NCBI GenBank assembly: GCA_013824215.1
Contig: PNNM01000003.1
Span: 1-36,633, forward strand
Direction: 5' to 3'
Length of the DNA: 36,633 bases
Source: Coriobacteriaceae bacterium
GTDB taxonomy: Bacteria; Actinomycetota; Coriobacteriia; Anaerosomatales; D1FN1-002
In this document: piece by piece, positions 9,804 through 18,526 of the stretch
Layout: each line of letters opens with the position of its first letter
How positions within the stretch are numbered: position 1 is the stretch's first letter
Position numbers and translations under genes: made by a program
Notes under the pieces: generated by a model
Databases searched by the model: none
What the model saw: the letters and a program-made list of their open reading frames with translations, nothing else
Told to the model about the DNA's origin: nothing

Positions 9804-11036
9804 CTAGCTCACCTCGACGGTCTCTTCGGCGCACGAGAACTCGGTGCCGGTGACGGCGCACGATAGCGCGGACGGTGACAGGTGCAGGTCGCCGTGGATC
9901 GGCCAGTCCATGCCGGAGACGCGAGCGATGGTGGGCTCGCCGGCCTTCGGCATCCAGACGCGGTCGGGCTCCGGCATGACTGCGCGGATGGCGCTCTCCT
10001 CGGAGGCGACCATCAGCACGCTGCCGGTGCGCGCGGCCACGAGCGGGCGCAGCTTGATGCGGTCGTTCAGCGCCACCATGCCGCCGTTGAAGCCGAGCAC
10101 GATGGCGAAGGGGCCGTTCAGCATGCCCGGGCCGTAGACGGCGCGCAGCGAGCGCAGAAGAGCCTGCTCGTCTTCCGGCATCCGGTCGATCTCGGTCCAC
10201 AGCGGGCTCGCGAGCGCCTTGCAGGCCAGCTCGAGCGGGAGCTTGTGGCGGCGCAGCATCAGGTCGAACAGGTAGGCGGCCACCTCGGTGTCCGTGCCCA
10301 GCGTGCACTTGTAGCCGAACGCCTCGAGATAGCGGCTGTTGATGCCGTAGCTCGAGATCTCGCCGTTGTGCACGATCGACCAGTCGAGCAGCGTGAAGGG
10401 GTGCGCGCCGCCCCACCAGCCCGGCGTGTTGGTCGGGAAGCGGTTGTGGCCGACCCAGGTGTGCGCCGAGTACTCCTCGAGGCGGTAGTAGTGCGCGATC
10501 TCCTCGGGATAGCCCACGCCCTTGAAGGCACCCATGTTCTTGCCCGACGAGGCCACGAACGCGCCGTCGACGGTGCCGTTGATGAGCATGACGGCGTGCA
10601 CGACGAAGTCCTCGGCGCTCTCGTCTCCTGCGTGGAGCTTGTCGGCGTCGGGGCGCAGGAAGTAGCGCCACAACAGCGGGGCGTCGTCGATGCCCTTGAC
10701 CGCGCGCGTCGGCATCGGCTCGGCGAGGTCCACGGCGAAGAAGCGCCCGAGGACCTCCTCGGCGTTCTGCCGCGCTGCGGTGTCGGCGTACATCATGTGG
10801 AAGCAGAAGTGGTCCGCGAACTCGGGGTAGATGCCGTAGCCGGCGAATCCGCCACCGAGCCCGTTGCCGCGGTCGTGCTGTATGGCCAGCGCGCGGATCG
10901 CGATCTCGCCGCCCATGAGCGAACCGGACTCGTCGCAGATGCCCATCAGGCCGCAGCCCCCGTGGATCTTGAACGGCGACTCCTCGCGGAAGCGGCGGGG
11001 GTCGAAGTCCCTGACTGCGTCGATGTCGTACGGCAC
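9804..11036 (-). CDS. Class II (Ntn) glutamine amidotransferase subunit (GltB1 / GlxB-like)
   Basis: CGLMGI after a short propeptide, HDRGNGLGGG, GHNRFPTN, HPF, HNGEI, TDTEV, DRIKLRP, ASEE; GTG start with GAGGAG RBS. Confidence 0.92.
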   Translation of the reverse strand: MPYDIDAVRDFDPRRFREESPFKIHGGCGLMGICDESGSLMGGEIAIRALAIQHDRGNGLGGGFAGYGIYPEFADHFCFHMMYADTAARQNAEEVLGRFFAVDLAEPMPTRAVKGIDDAPLLWRYFLRPDADKLHAGDESAEDFVVHAVMLINGTVDGAFVASSGKNMGAFKGVGYPEEIAHYYRLEEYSAHTWVGHNRFPTNTPGWWGGAHPFTLLDWSIVHNGEISSYGINSRYLEAFGYKCTLGTDTEVAAYLFDLMLRRHKLPLELACKALASPLWTEIDRMPEDEQALLRSLRAVYGPGMLNGPFAIVLGFNGGMVALNDRIKLRPLVAARTGSVLMVASEESAIRAVMPEPDRVWMPKAGEPTIARVSGMDWPIHGDLHLSPSALSCAVTGTEFSCAEETVEVS

Positions 11037-11041
11037 TGCGA

Positions 11042-12361
11042 TCACTCCTCGTCCATCAGGCGGGCGATGACGTCGCCGCCGGACACGGGCAAAGGCGAAA
11101 GGCCGAGCTTGGCGCGGGCGCCCTCCTTGGGCTTGCCGAGCGCTCCGGTCTCGAGGAAGGTGCGGTACGCCGAGGCCACGGACTCGGGTCCGGCCTCGGC
11201 GGCCATGGCGATCTCCTTCAGCTTCCGGAACGCCTCCGCCATGCCGATGTGGCTGTGGCACAGCTCCTGGCACGTGTAGCACTCGAGGCACTTCCACAGC
11301 TGCCCAGCGGCGACCACCTCGTCGATCTCGCCGCGCAGGAGCTGGCCGATGACCTCGGTGGGCTGGAACTCGCCGTCGACGGTACACACCGGGCAGTCGT
11401 CCTTGCACGCCTGGCAGGCGTAGCACTTGCCGAGGAGCGCGACGTCGAAGTCCTTCGCGATGCGCTCCTTGTCCGAGGCGCGCGCTCCCCACTTGGCCAG
11501 GAACGGCTCGACGGAGACGCGGTGCATGTCCAGGCCGATCTCCTCGGGTGTGTGGCCCATGCCGAGCGCGATGAGCTCGGAGAGGAAGAAGACGGGGACG
11601 TGGATGTCCTCGTTGGCGCGCTGGAGCGCGGCCTGGTTCAGGTCGAACTGCTGGAAGCAGCTCGGGCAGACCACCACGAGGGCGTCGACCTCCTCGCGTT
11701 TGAGGTCCTCGAGCTTGCGGCGGCAGAACGCCAGCGCGCCCTCACGCTCGCCCACACGGTCGAGCGCGCCGCCGCAGCACTGCATCTTGGTGGGGTAGTC
11801 GACGACCTTGGCGCCCAGCGCGGTCACGAACTGCTCGACCTTGACCGGGTGCAGCGGGTCGTCCCAGCGCACCGCCGGTTGCGGGCGCAGCAGATGGCAG
11901 CCGTAGTGGACGGCCACGCGCATCCCCCAGAACGGCTTCGTGATCCTGGACGCCACGAGCGCGCTGCCGAGCTCGTCGGTCAGCCACTCGGCGAAGTGCG
12001 TGATCTTGAGGTCGCCGGCGTAGTGCAGGCCCTCGGCGGCGAGCCGCTCGTTGATGCGCTCGCGCGAGCGCCAGTCGGTGGCCAAGTGGCTCGCCGCCTC
12101 GCGGAAGGTCGAGTAGCAGCCGTTGCAGGGAGTGACCACGTCGAGGCCGGCGCGCTCCACGAGCGCCAGGTTGCGGGCGGCGGTGGTGTAGAACGTCTCC
12201 TCGTCAGACGACTTCACGAGCACGCCCTCAGGGCAGCACGTGTGGCCGTCGAGCTCGTGGACGGTGGCGCCGAGGTCGGCGAACGCCAAGCGCGTCGCCT
12301 TCTCGATGAACGGGAAGCGCGCCGGGATGGTGCATCCCCAGAAGACCGCGAAGTCGTTCAT
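11042..12361 (-). CDS. Heterodisulfide reductase-like protein: HdrB (CCG domains) fused to a C-terminal HdrC-like 2[4Fe-4S] domain
   Basis: FWGC, TCCP, TPCNGC, HYGCHLLRP, QCCGG, CPSCFQQFD; then CYACQACKDDCP and LWKCLECYTCQELC. Confidence 0.88.
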   Translation of the reverse strand: MNDFAVFWGCTIPARFPFIEKATRLAFADLGATVHELDGHTCCPEGVLVKSSDEETFYTTAARNLALVERAGLDVVTPCNGCYSTFREAASHLATDWRSRERINERLAAEGLHYAGDLKITHFAEWLTDELGSALVASRITKPFWGMRVAVHYGCHLLRPQPAVRWDDPLHPVKVEQFVTALGAKVVDYPTKMQCCGGALDRVGEREGALAFCRRKLEDLKREEVDALVVVCPSCFQQFDLNQAALQRANEDIHVPVFFLSELIALGMGHTPEEIGLDMHRVSVEPFLAKWGARASDKERIAKDFDVALLGKCYACQACKDDCPVCTVDGEFQPTEVIGQLLRGEIDEVVAAGQLWKCLECYTCQELCHSHIGMAEAFRKLKEIAMAAEAGPESVASAYRTFLETGALGKPKEGARAKLGLSPLPVSGGDVIARLMDEE

Positions 12362-12399
12362 ACAGCTCTGCTCTCGCCTCCGTTGCGCGTACCCGAGAC

Positions 12400-12445
12400 G
12401 AACGAAAACGCCCGCCTCGGCCACGTCGATCGGGCCGGGCGAGCG
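12400..12445 (-). terminator. Intrinsic terminator (attenuator) in the operon leader
   Basis: CGCUCGCCCGGCC (12445-12433) pairs with GGCCG-A-GGCGGGCG (12422-12409): 13 bp, one bulge, one GU, followed by UUUUCGUU. Confidence 0.8.
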
Positions 12446-12486
12446 CCATTGCTCGCTTGATGCATGGGCGGCACGCCTTCGTGCCG
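12439..12486 (-). promoter_or_regulatory. ANTAR target RNA: two hexaloop hairpins
   Basis: CGGCAC-GAAGGC-GUGCCG (12486-12469), 12-nt linker, GCGAGC-AAUGGC-GCUCGC (12456-12439); G4 in both loops, A1 in the second; hairpin 2 overlaps the terminator. Confidence 0.82.
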
Positions 12487-12495
12487 GTAACCGAG

Positions 12496-12524
12496 AGTCT
12501 AGCAGGCGCCGTGCCGAGTTGGAA
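12496..12524 (-). promoter_or_regulatory. Putative sigma70-type promoter of the glutamate synthase operon
   Basis: TTCCAA-17 nt-TAGACT with extended -10 TG; start would fall just before ANTAR hairpin 1. Confidence 0.55.
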
Positions 12525-12596
12525 GGGGCGCGAAACGCATACGAAACGTCCGGGTGCTCGGTGCGTGGGCCCTGCCGGGCGTCGCGGGTCCGCGAG

Positions 12597-13880
12597 CTAC
12601 CGCCCCGAAGGGCTCCGTGCGCCGTAGTGCGCCGCGACGGTGGCGCCGAACGCCTCGGCACGGCGCAGCTCGGTGAAACCCATCGTGGCAGTGCACATGA
12701 CTTCGTGGGGAGGCTCCGGATTGCACACGATCCCGTACTCCTCGGCGCGCTCCCACAAAGGAGTGCCGGGCAGCACGTTGAGCGAGGAGAGCTGCACCTT
12801 GCCCGGATCGAGCGAGAGCAGGTAGTCAAGGCCGGCCGCGAGGTCGTCGGCCGTGTCGCCCGGCAGTCCGACGATGAGATCGCACTCGACGGCGATGCCC
12901 GCCTGCTTGCACGCCTCCACGCCAGCGGAGAAGCGCTCGCGATCGAACCTGCGGTTGCATCGCTCGAGCGTGGTCGCGCTCACGGTCTGGGGCCCGGTCT
13001 CGACCGAGACCACGCCGGCGCGGCGCAGGAGCGCGGCCTCCTCGGTGCCGATCCGCTCGATGTCCACCTCGATCGTGTGGAGCCGCACGCCCTGCCTCGC
13101 CCACGGCTCGAGGACGTCGCCGAGCCATTCCAGCCGCTCGCGGGTGAGATTGAAGACGGGGTCGATGAAGGACAGGCTGCGCGCTCGCCCGGAGCCGGCG
13201 ATCGCCTCGATCTCCGCCGCGACACGCTCCTGCGAGAAGTAGCGGATGCGATCGTAGCCCTTACCCTCGTAGCAGTACGCGCAACTCCTCGGACACCCGC
13301 GATACGTCTCGATGTAGGTGAGATCGCCGTGTGCTCCGAGCAGACCGCTCGCATACGGGGAGGGGATCGAGTCGAGATCCGCGATGAGCGGACGCGCGGG
13401 AGCGGAGACGACCCCGTCGTCCCGGCGGGTCGTCACGCCGTCCACGTACCACAAGCGTCCGCCATGGAGCATCGCGCCGAGCAGCTCCGCGAATGTCTCC
13501 TCGCCCTCGCCGCGCACGATCGTGTCGACGTACGGATGCGTCTCGAGTATCTGCTCGGCCATGGGACTGACCTCCGGCCCGCCCAGCACGATGTGGATCC
13601 CGGGAGACGTGCGCTTCACGATGGAGCACACCTGGTAGATATGCTGGGCGTTCCAGCACTTGACGGACATCCCGAGGACATCGGGCTCGAGCCGCAGTAT
13701 CCGATACGCCACCCACCACGGGTCCATGTCGCTGTCGAGATCCAGCGTCATGAAGCCGACGCGCCCCGCGAGCCGGGGCGCCTGCTCGGCGTACGCACGC
13801 ACGTACCCGAGGGCGAGCGACTGATGCCCGGGGGCGTTGAGGGCGACGAGCGCCACCTTCAGGTCCGGCGTCGCGCTCAT
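12597..13880 (-). CDS. Cobalamin-binding radical SAM protein
   Basis: N-terminal B12-binding-like domain (SLALGYV, LGGPEV, RGEGE), YRGCPRSCAYC, LIVGLPGDT, PGTPL. Confidence 0.9.
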   Translation of the reverse strand: MSATPDLKVALVALNAPGHQSLALGYVRAYAEQAPRLAGRVGFMTLDLDSDMDPWWVAYRILRLEPDVLGMSVKCWNAQHIYQVCSIVKRTSPGIHIVLGGPEVSPMAEQILETHPYVDTIVRGEGEETFAELLGAMLHGGRLWYVDGVTTRRDDGVVSAPARPLIADLDSIPSPYASGLLGAHGDLTYIETYRGCPRSCAYCYEGKGYDRIRYFSQERVAAEIEAIAGSGRARSLSFIDPVFNLTRERLEWLGDVLEPWARQGVRLHTIEVDIERIGTEEAALLRRAGVVSVETGPQTVSATTLERCNRRFDRERFSAGVEACKQAGIAVECDLIVGLPGDTADDLAAGLDYLLSLDPGKVQLSSLNVLPGTPLWERAEEYGIVCNPEPPHEVMCTATMGFTELRRAEAFGATVAAHYGARSPSGR

Positions 13881-14596
13881 CTCGCCGCTCCCGCGCCGAG
13901 CAATTCCACCGGAGGCCTCGCGTAGAGCCCCTCGGCACACTCGCCGGTCCCGACCGTGCACACCCACGCGCCGGACACCATCCCCGTGTCGACGGCGGCC
14001 TCGACCCAGGGGAGCGCCTGCGATCCGAGGGATGCGCGGGACAGATCGAGCGCGATGCTGCGGACGCCGTTCTGCGCGAGGGCGAGTACGGCCCCCGGAA
14101 GCGCCTGCAGGTTGTGCGCGCAGACGGGGACGCGCCCGCAGAGGATGTGCGGTGCCGACAGCGCGTCGAACGCCTCGCCGAGCGCACGCATGCCGGCCAG
14201 CGCCCTCTCGAACGAACCGGGACGGCCGGACAGGGAGTCGTGCGTCATCGCGTCCCCAGCCAGGACCGTGACCCGGACGTGTGTCACACCCTCGTCGGCG
14301 ACCATGCTCGCGATCCCCGGCCTCGACAGCGCCTCTCCCGCGGTCACCACACACAGGCGCTCGACCCCGAGCTCCATCACCGCGTGGATCAGCCGGCCTG
14401 CTTCCGGATGCTCGAGGGGGTCCGGCCCGACAAGCGTCAGATTCGGCCCCGGGCCCGCGGACCACGCGTCGACGATACAGCGCGCCCGCTCGACGATCCG
14501 CTCGACGGGATCGTAACTGACGTCCTCTTCGGCCGAGCACCGCAGACAGGACACGGCATCGCCTGCGCCGACCGGCACGGCGCCGAACTTGATCAC
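13877..14596 (-). CDS. Radical SAM-fold protein with degenerate cluster motif
   Basis: GDAVSCLRC in place of CxxxCxxC, GPDPLEHP (GGEP-like), VTAG (TNG-like), HDSLSGRPGSFERALAG; GTG start with GGGAG; ATGA overlap with next gene. Confidence 0.7.
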   Translation of the reverse strand: MIKFGAVPVGAGDAVSCLRCSAEEDVSYDPVERIVERARCIVDAWSAGPGPNLTLVGPDPLEHPEAGRLIHAVMELGVERLCVVTAGEALSRPGIASMVADEGVTHVRVTVLAGDAMTHDSLSGRPGSFERALAGMRALGEAFDALSAPHILCGRVPVCAHNLQALPGAVLALAQNGVRSIALDLSRASLGSQALPWVEAAVDTGMVSGAWVCTVGTGECAEGLYARPPVELLGAGAAR

Positions 14597-14783
14597 TCGA
14601 AAGACTCCCAGCCTCGGAGGGAACACGTCACGAGAGGCCGAAGATGGGCGAACGACCCCTATGTTACACGGGCGGCCGGCTGCCTGCGCCAGCTTTGGAA
14701 GCGACGCGGCCGGTCCGTGTCCCCGTTCGCTGCAGCGGGTAAGAGCCGTCATGGACACGGGCGCCCGTGACAGGGAGGCGGCC

Positions 14784-15614
14784 ATGGGAAGCGACACGCT
14801 CGTCATCGCGCAGTTCTCGGACTTCCACTGCGGGGACGCGAGGTTCGACCCCCGCCTCATGCGGGCGGTTGTCGACGAGATCGTCGAGCTGTTACCGGAC
14901 CTGGTCGTGGTACCGGGGGACCTCACCGAGCAGGGCTATCTCGACCAGTTCGTCGACGCGCGCAGCTGGCTGGAGCAGCTCGAGTGTCCGAACGTGGTCA
15001 TCGTCCCGGGCAACCACGACGCCCGCAACGTCGGCTTCATGCACTTCGAGACGCTGTTCGGCCAGCGGTTCTCGAGCACGCTCCTGCCGTACGGCGAGGG
15101 AGGCGCGCGCGCGGCGCGCGTCGTGGCCGTCGACTCCAGCCGGCCCGATCTGAACCAAGGCGAGATCGGGCGGGACCGCTACCGGTGGCTGTTCGACCAG
15201 CTGACCGAGGAGGACGACGCGGTCCGGATGCTCGTGATGCACCATCACCTCGTCAGTGTCCCGGGCACGGGGCGAGAGCGGAACATCCTCTGGGACGCCG
15301 GCGACGTGCTGCAGATACTCTCCGAGTGCCGCACCGACCTCGTGCTCGCCGGACACAAGCACGTGCCGTACGTGTGGCAGGTCAACGGCATCGTCATCGC
15401 CACGAGCGGGACCGCCGCCACGCGACGGACGCGCGGCCGCACGCCGCCGTCGTTCAACATCGTGCGAGTCACGCCGGAGGAGATACGCGTGACCATGCGC
15501 AACACCGGTCAGTCCACGGGGCGCGAGACGGTGTTCCCACGGCGACCTGAGATCGCGGTCGGCGGCACCGCTCGACGGGGCGCGACCGAACCGGGCGTGG
15601 CGATGAAACTGTAG
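14784..15614 (+). CDS. Metallophosphoesterase (Icc/CpdA-like)
   Basis: SDFH, GDL, GNHD, HHH, GHKH motifs; GGAGG RBS. Confidence 0.9.
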   Translation: MGSDTLVIAQFSDFHCGDARFDPRLMRAVVDEIVELLPDLVVVPGDLTEQGYLDQFVDARSWLEQLECPNVVIVPGNHDARNVGFMHFETLFGQRFSSTLLPYGEGGARAARVVAVDSSRPDLNQGEIGRDRYRWLFDQLTEEDDAVRMLVMHHHLVSVPGTGRERNILWDAGDVLQILSECRTDLVLAGHKHVPYVWQVNGIVIATSGTAATRRTRGRTPPSFNIVRVTPEEIRVTMRNTGQSTGRETVFPRRPEIAVGGTARRGATEPGVAMKL

Positions 15615-15661
15615 CGCGCCCCGACATGACGGCGCGTCTTCCGACGACTCGCGCGTCGCCC

Positions 15662-15724
15662 TTGACGAACGCGCGCCGTGGTAATACCTTCGATACCACT
15701 TCCGATACTACCCGAGGTGATACC
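15662..15724 (+). promoter_or_regulatory. vapBC promoter with short direct repeats (likely operator)
   Basis: TTGACG-17 nt-TACCTT; (G/A)ATAC(C/T) at 15683, 15692, 15704, 15719. Confidence 0.55.
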
Positions 15725-16021
15725 GTGGCCAAGACCACGATCTCCGTGCCGGACGCCTTGCTCGCCGACATCGATCGTCGGGCGGCTGACAGCGGCATGA
15801 CTCGCAGCGGCTTCGTCCAGGAGGCCGCCGCTCGCTACATCACCACCCTCGACGAGGAGCAGACACGGCTCGAGCGCGAGAAGCGCATCAGCAAGGCGAT
15901 CGAGGGTATGCGCGAGATCGCCGAGCACATGCCGCCCGGCACCGACGGCACCGCGATCATCCGGCACTTCCGTGACCTGCCCGAGCCGTGGCTCACGCCA
16001 CACAAGGACGCCGACGAATGA
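15725..16021 (+). CDS. vapB: Ribbon-helix-helix (CopG-like) antitoxin
   Basis: KTTISVPDALLADID...TRSGFVQEA RHH pattern; GAGGTG RBS; overlaps PIN gene. Confidence 0.8.
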   Translation: MAKTTISVPDALLADIDRRAADSGMTRSGFVQEAAARYITTLDEEQTRLEREKRISKAIEGMREIAEHMPPGTDGTAIIRHFRDLPEPWLTPHKDADE

Positions 16022-16437
16022 GCGACCAGCTTCCCGTCTTCGTCGTCGATAGCTCGGTCGCCTACAAGTGGTTCAACGCGAAGGGCGAAACGCACGTCGA
16101 GGCGGCACTGCAGCTGCTGTCCGGGCACGCCACACGCGCGCTCCTCTTGGCTGCGCCGGCGCACATGCCGTCGGAAGTGATGAACGGACTGCGATTCGCG
16201 GGGCTTGACGTCGAGTACCTGCGTCGCGCGCCCGAGAAGCTGATGGGCGCCGAGATCGCCACCTTCCCCCTCGACGCCGAGTTGCTCGCTTCCGCGCTCG
16301 ACTTGGCGCTCGCCCACGATCTGACGATCCACGACGCGCTCTTCCCGGCCCTCGCGATCCGGCTCGACTGCGAACTCGTGACCGCCGACCGTGCGCAGGC
16401 TCGCGTCCGCGAATGCCCGGTGCGCCTGCTGTCCTGA
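16018..16437 (+). CDS. vapC: PIN-domain toxin
   Basis: VVDSSV, SEVMN, HDALF, LVTAD acidic motifs. Confidence 0.88.
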   Translation: MSDQLPVFVVDSSVAYKWFNAKGETHVEAALQLLSGHATRALLLAAPAHMPSEVMNGLRFAGLDVEYLRRAPEKLMGAEIATFPLDAELLASALDLALAHDLTIHDALFPALAIRLDCELVTADRAQARVRECPVRLLS

Positions 16438-16469
16438 GCGGGTCGCCCGCAAGAGCGGCACCACGCCGG

Positions 16470-17045
16470 CTACGGCTCGGCCCCGGCCTCGGCGGCGAGC
16501 ACGACGGCCTCGGCGATCTCCCGCAGCGTCTTGCGCTTGTCCATCGCGAGCTTCTGCAAACGCCGGAACGCGTCGGGCTCGCTCAGTCCCCCGGCCATGA
16601 GCACGCCCTTGGCGCGGTCGACGGCCTTGCGCGTCTCGAGCCGCTCGTTCAGGTCCGAGATCTCCTCGGCGAGTGCTCGGGCCTCGGCGAAGCGGGCCGT
16701 GGCGATCTCCATGGCCGGGAGCACGTCGGCCTTGGTGAACGGCTTGACGACGTAGCCCATCGCACCGGCCTCCGTGGCCTGCCTGACCACGTCGGCTTGC
16801 GAGAACGCCGTCACCATCACCACCGGCGCCAGCTGCTCCTCGCCGATGACGCGCGCGGCCTCCAGCCCGTCCATGCCGGGCATCTTCACGTCCATGAACA
16901 CGATGTCGGGTCGCTTGTCGCGCGCGGCCGAGACAGCTTCGGCGCCATCGCGTGCCTCACCCACGACCTCGTGGCCCTCCTCCTCCAGCATCTCGCGCAG
17001 GTCCATGCGGATGAGGCCCTCGTCCTCGGCGATGATCACGCGCAT
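16470..17045 (-). CDS. pdtaR: REC-ANTAR response regulator (PdtaR/EutV-like antiterminator)
   Basis: IIAEDE, FMDVKMP, YVVKPF; ANTAR RKAVDRAKGVLM...SEPDAFRRLQKLAMDKR. Confidence 0.92.
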   Translation of the reverse strand: MRVIIAEDEGLIRMDLREMLEEEGHEVVGEARDGAEAVSAARDKRPDIVFMDVKMPGMDGLEAARVIGEEQLAPVVMVTAFSQADVVRQATEAGAMGYVVKPFTKADVLPAMEIATARFAEARALAEEISDLNERLETRKAVDRAKGVLMAGGLSEPDAFRRLQKLAMDKRKTLREIAEAVVLAAEAGAEP

Positions 17046-17046
17046 G

Positions 17047-18465
17047 TCAGCGACCCTCCTCCCCGTTGCCGAGCGGAACGCGCACCGTGACCGCGGTCCC
17101 GCGGCTACGGGAGAACGACAGCGTGCCGCGCAGGTCGTCCTGGACCAGAGTGCGGACGATGGCGAGCCCCAGGTGGCCGCCGGACTCCGGGTCGACGTCC
17201 GCGGGCATCCCGGGACCGTCGTCGTGGACCTGGAGCACGACCTCGTCGGGCTCCCGGCGCATGCTCACGGTGACGACACCCGCCGGACGGCCGGCCACGC
17301 CGTGCTCGATCGCGTTGTGGACGAGCTCGGCGGCCACCAGCGACAGCGACGTCGCGACCGCGGCGGAGACGTAGCCGGTGTCGCCCTCGGTCATCACCGT
17401 GACGCCCGGGCTCTCGCCGGCCATGCCACGACGCACCTGCTCGACCACTGTGCGGCAGACCTCGGCGAAGTCCACGCGCTCGTCGCTGGCGCCGGCGAGC
17501 ATCTCGTGCACGACCGCCATCGAGGTCACGCGCTCGACCGCCTCGGAGAGCGAGCGACGCTCGTTGTCGGACTGCGCGCGACGGGCCTGGAGCCGCAGGA
17601 GCGCGGCGATGGTCTGAAGGTTGTTCTTCACGCGATGGTGTACCTCGCGGATGGTCGTCTCCTTGACCTTGAGCTCCTGCTCGCGGCGCCTGGCCTCGGT
17701 GACATCCTCGACCAGCACAAAGGCACCCCGCTCGAGAGCGATCGTGCGGTAGAGCAGCGAGCGGCCCGCGAACTCCACCTCGGCAGCCGCGGCCGTTCCC
17801 GGCTCGGCCACTCGGGCTATGGCGAGGCCGCCGCCGGGCAGCTCGGCGGCGTGCGCGCCGCGGACGCTCTCCACACCGGCGAGCTTCATGATCGTCACCG
17901 CGTTCGGGCTCGCGTAGACCAGCGCGCCGTCCGGTCCGATGCGCATGACGCCGTCGCCCGCTGTGCGGGTCGTGGCGAACGGCGCTGCGGTCTCCACGTC
18001 ACGCAGTGGTGAGATCGACAGCACACCGAGCAGGTCGTCGGCCAAGCGCATGAACTCGGTCTCCATCGTGCCCGGCGCCTCGGCGACCTGACTCGCGAGA
18101 TTCTCGACGAACACGGCGTACGGCATCTCGCCGCCGATCGGGTAGGCCGAGGTCACGTAGCTGATCCCGCGCGTCGTGCGCCGGCGCTCCCCGCGGACGG
18201 TGCGCCCTGATCCGAGCGCCTCGTACGCCTCGGGCTCCTCGGAAGCGGCGAGCGTCTGCCCCAGGCGCGAGACTGCCAGCGCCGCGACCGCCGTGATGGG
18301 ACGGGCGTCGGCTATCACGCGCAGCGAGCCGTCGGCACCGGCCACGGCGAGCGCCACATCGCCGTAGGCCATGTCGGCGACGAGCTGCAGGTTGGCGGCG
18401 AAGTTGGCGAGGTGGTCGCGCGCGGGCGCGGCGAGGGTGCCCGGGATCTCGATGTCGGTGTCCAT
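17047..18465 (-). CDS. pdtaS: Cytoplasmic sensor kinase (PdtaS/EutW-like; H_kinase_N, PAS, HisKA_2)
   Basis: LQLVADMAYGD, GDGVMR/YASPNA, REVHHRVKNNLQ, ELVHNAIEHG, DDGPG, LGLAIV. Confidence 0.88.
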   Translation of the reverse strand: MDTDIEIPGTLAAPARDHLANFAANLQLVADMAYGDVALAVAGADGSLRVIADARPITAVAALAVSRLGQTLAASEEPEAYEALGSGRTVRGERRRTTRGISYVTSAYPIGGEMPYAVFVENLASQVAEAPGTMETEFMRLADDLLGVLSISPLRDVETAAPFATTRTAGDGVMRIGPDGALVYASPNAVTIMKLAGVESVRGAHAAELPGGGLAIARVAEPGTAAAAEVEFAGRSLLYRTIALERGAFVLVEDVTEARRREQELKVKETTIREVHHRVKNNLQTIAALLRLQARRAQSDNERRSLSEAVERVTSMAVVHEMLAGASDERVDFAEVCRTVVEQVRRGMAGESPGVTVMTEGDTGYVSAAVATSLSLVAAELVHNAIEHGVAGRPAGVVTVSMRREPDEVVLQVHDDGPGMPADVDPESGGHLGLAIVRTLVQDDLRGTLSFSRSRGTAVTVRVPLGNGEEGR

Positions 18466-18471
18466 GCGCCG

Positions 18472-18477
18472 ATTGTA
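18472..18477 (-). promoter_or_regulatory. -10 box of probable leaderless pdtaS transcript
   Basis: TACAAT 6 nt before ATG 18465; no Shine-Dalgarno. Confidence 0.55.
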
Positions 18478-18526
18478 CGACAGCACCCGGCCGCTGCTCG
18501 GCTGATATCATGGTGCGGCCGCGGAG

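Noticed and set aside
11042-12361. Evidence of methanogenesis from the Hdr-like gene
   Set aside because: Hdr-like proteins are widespread in anaerobic bacteria, and the context is bacterial
12501-12517. Sigma54-like GG-N10-GC (TCGGCACGGCGCCTGCT) upstream of the glutamate synthase operon
   Set aside because: Imperfect match, sigma54 is generally absent from Actinobacteria, and an overlapping sigma70-type promoter fits; revisit only if rpoN is found
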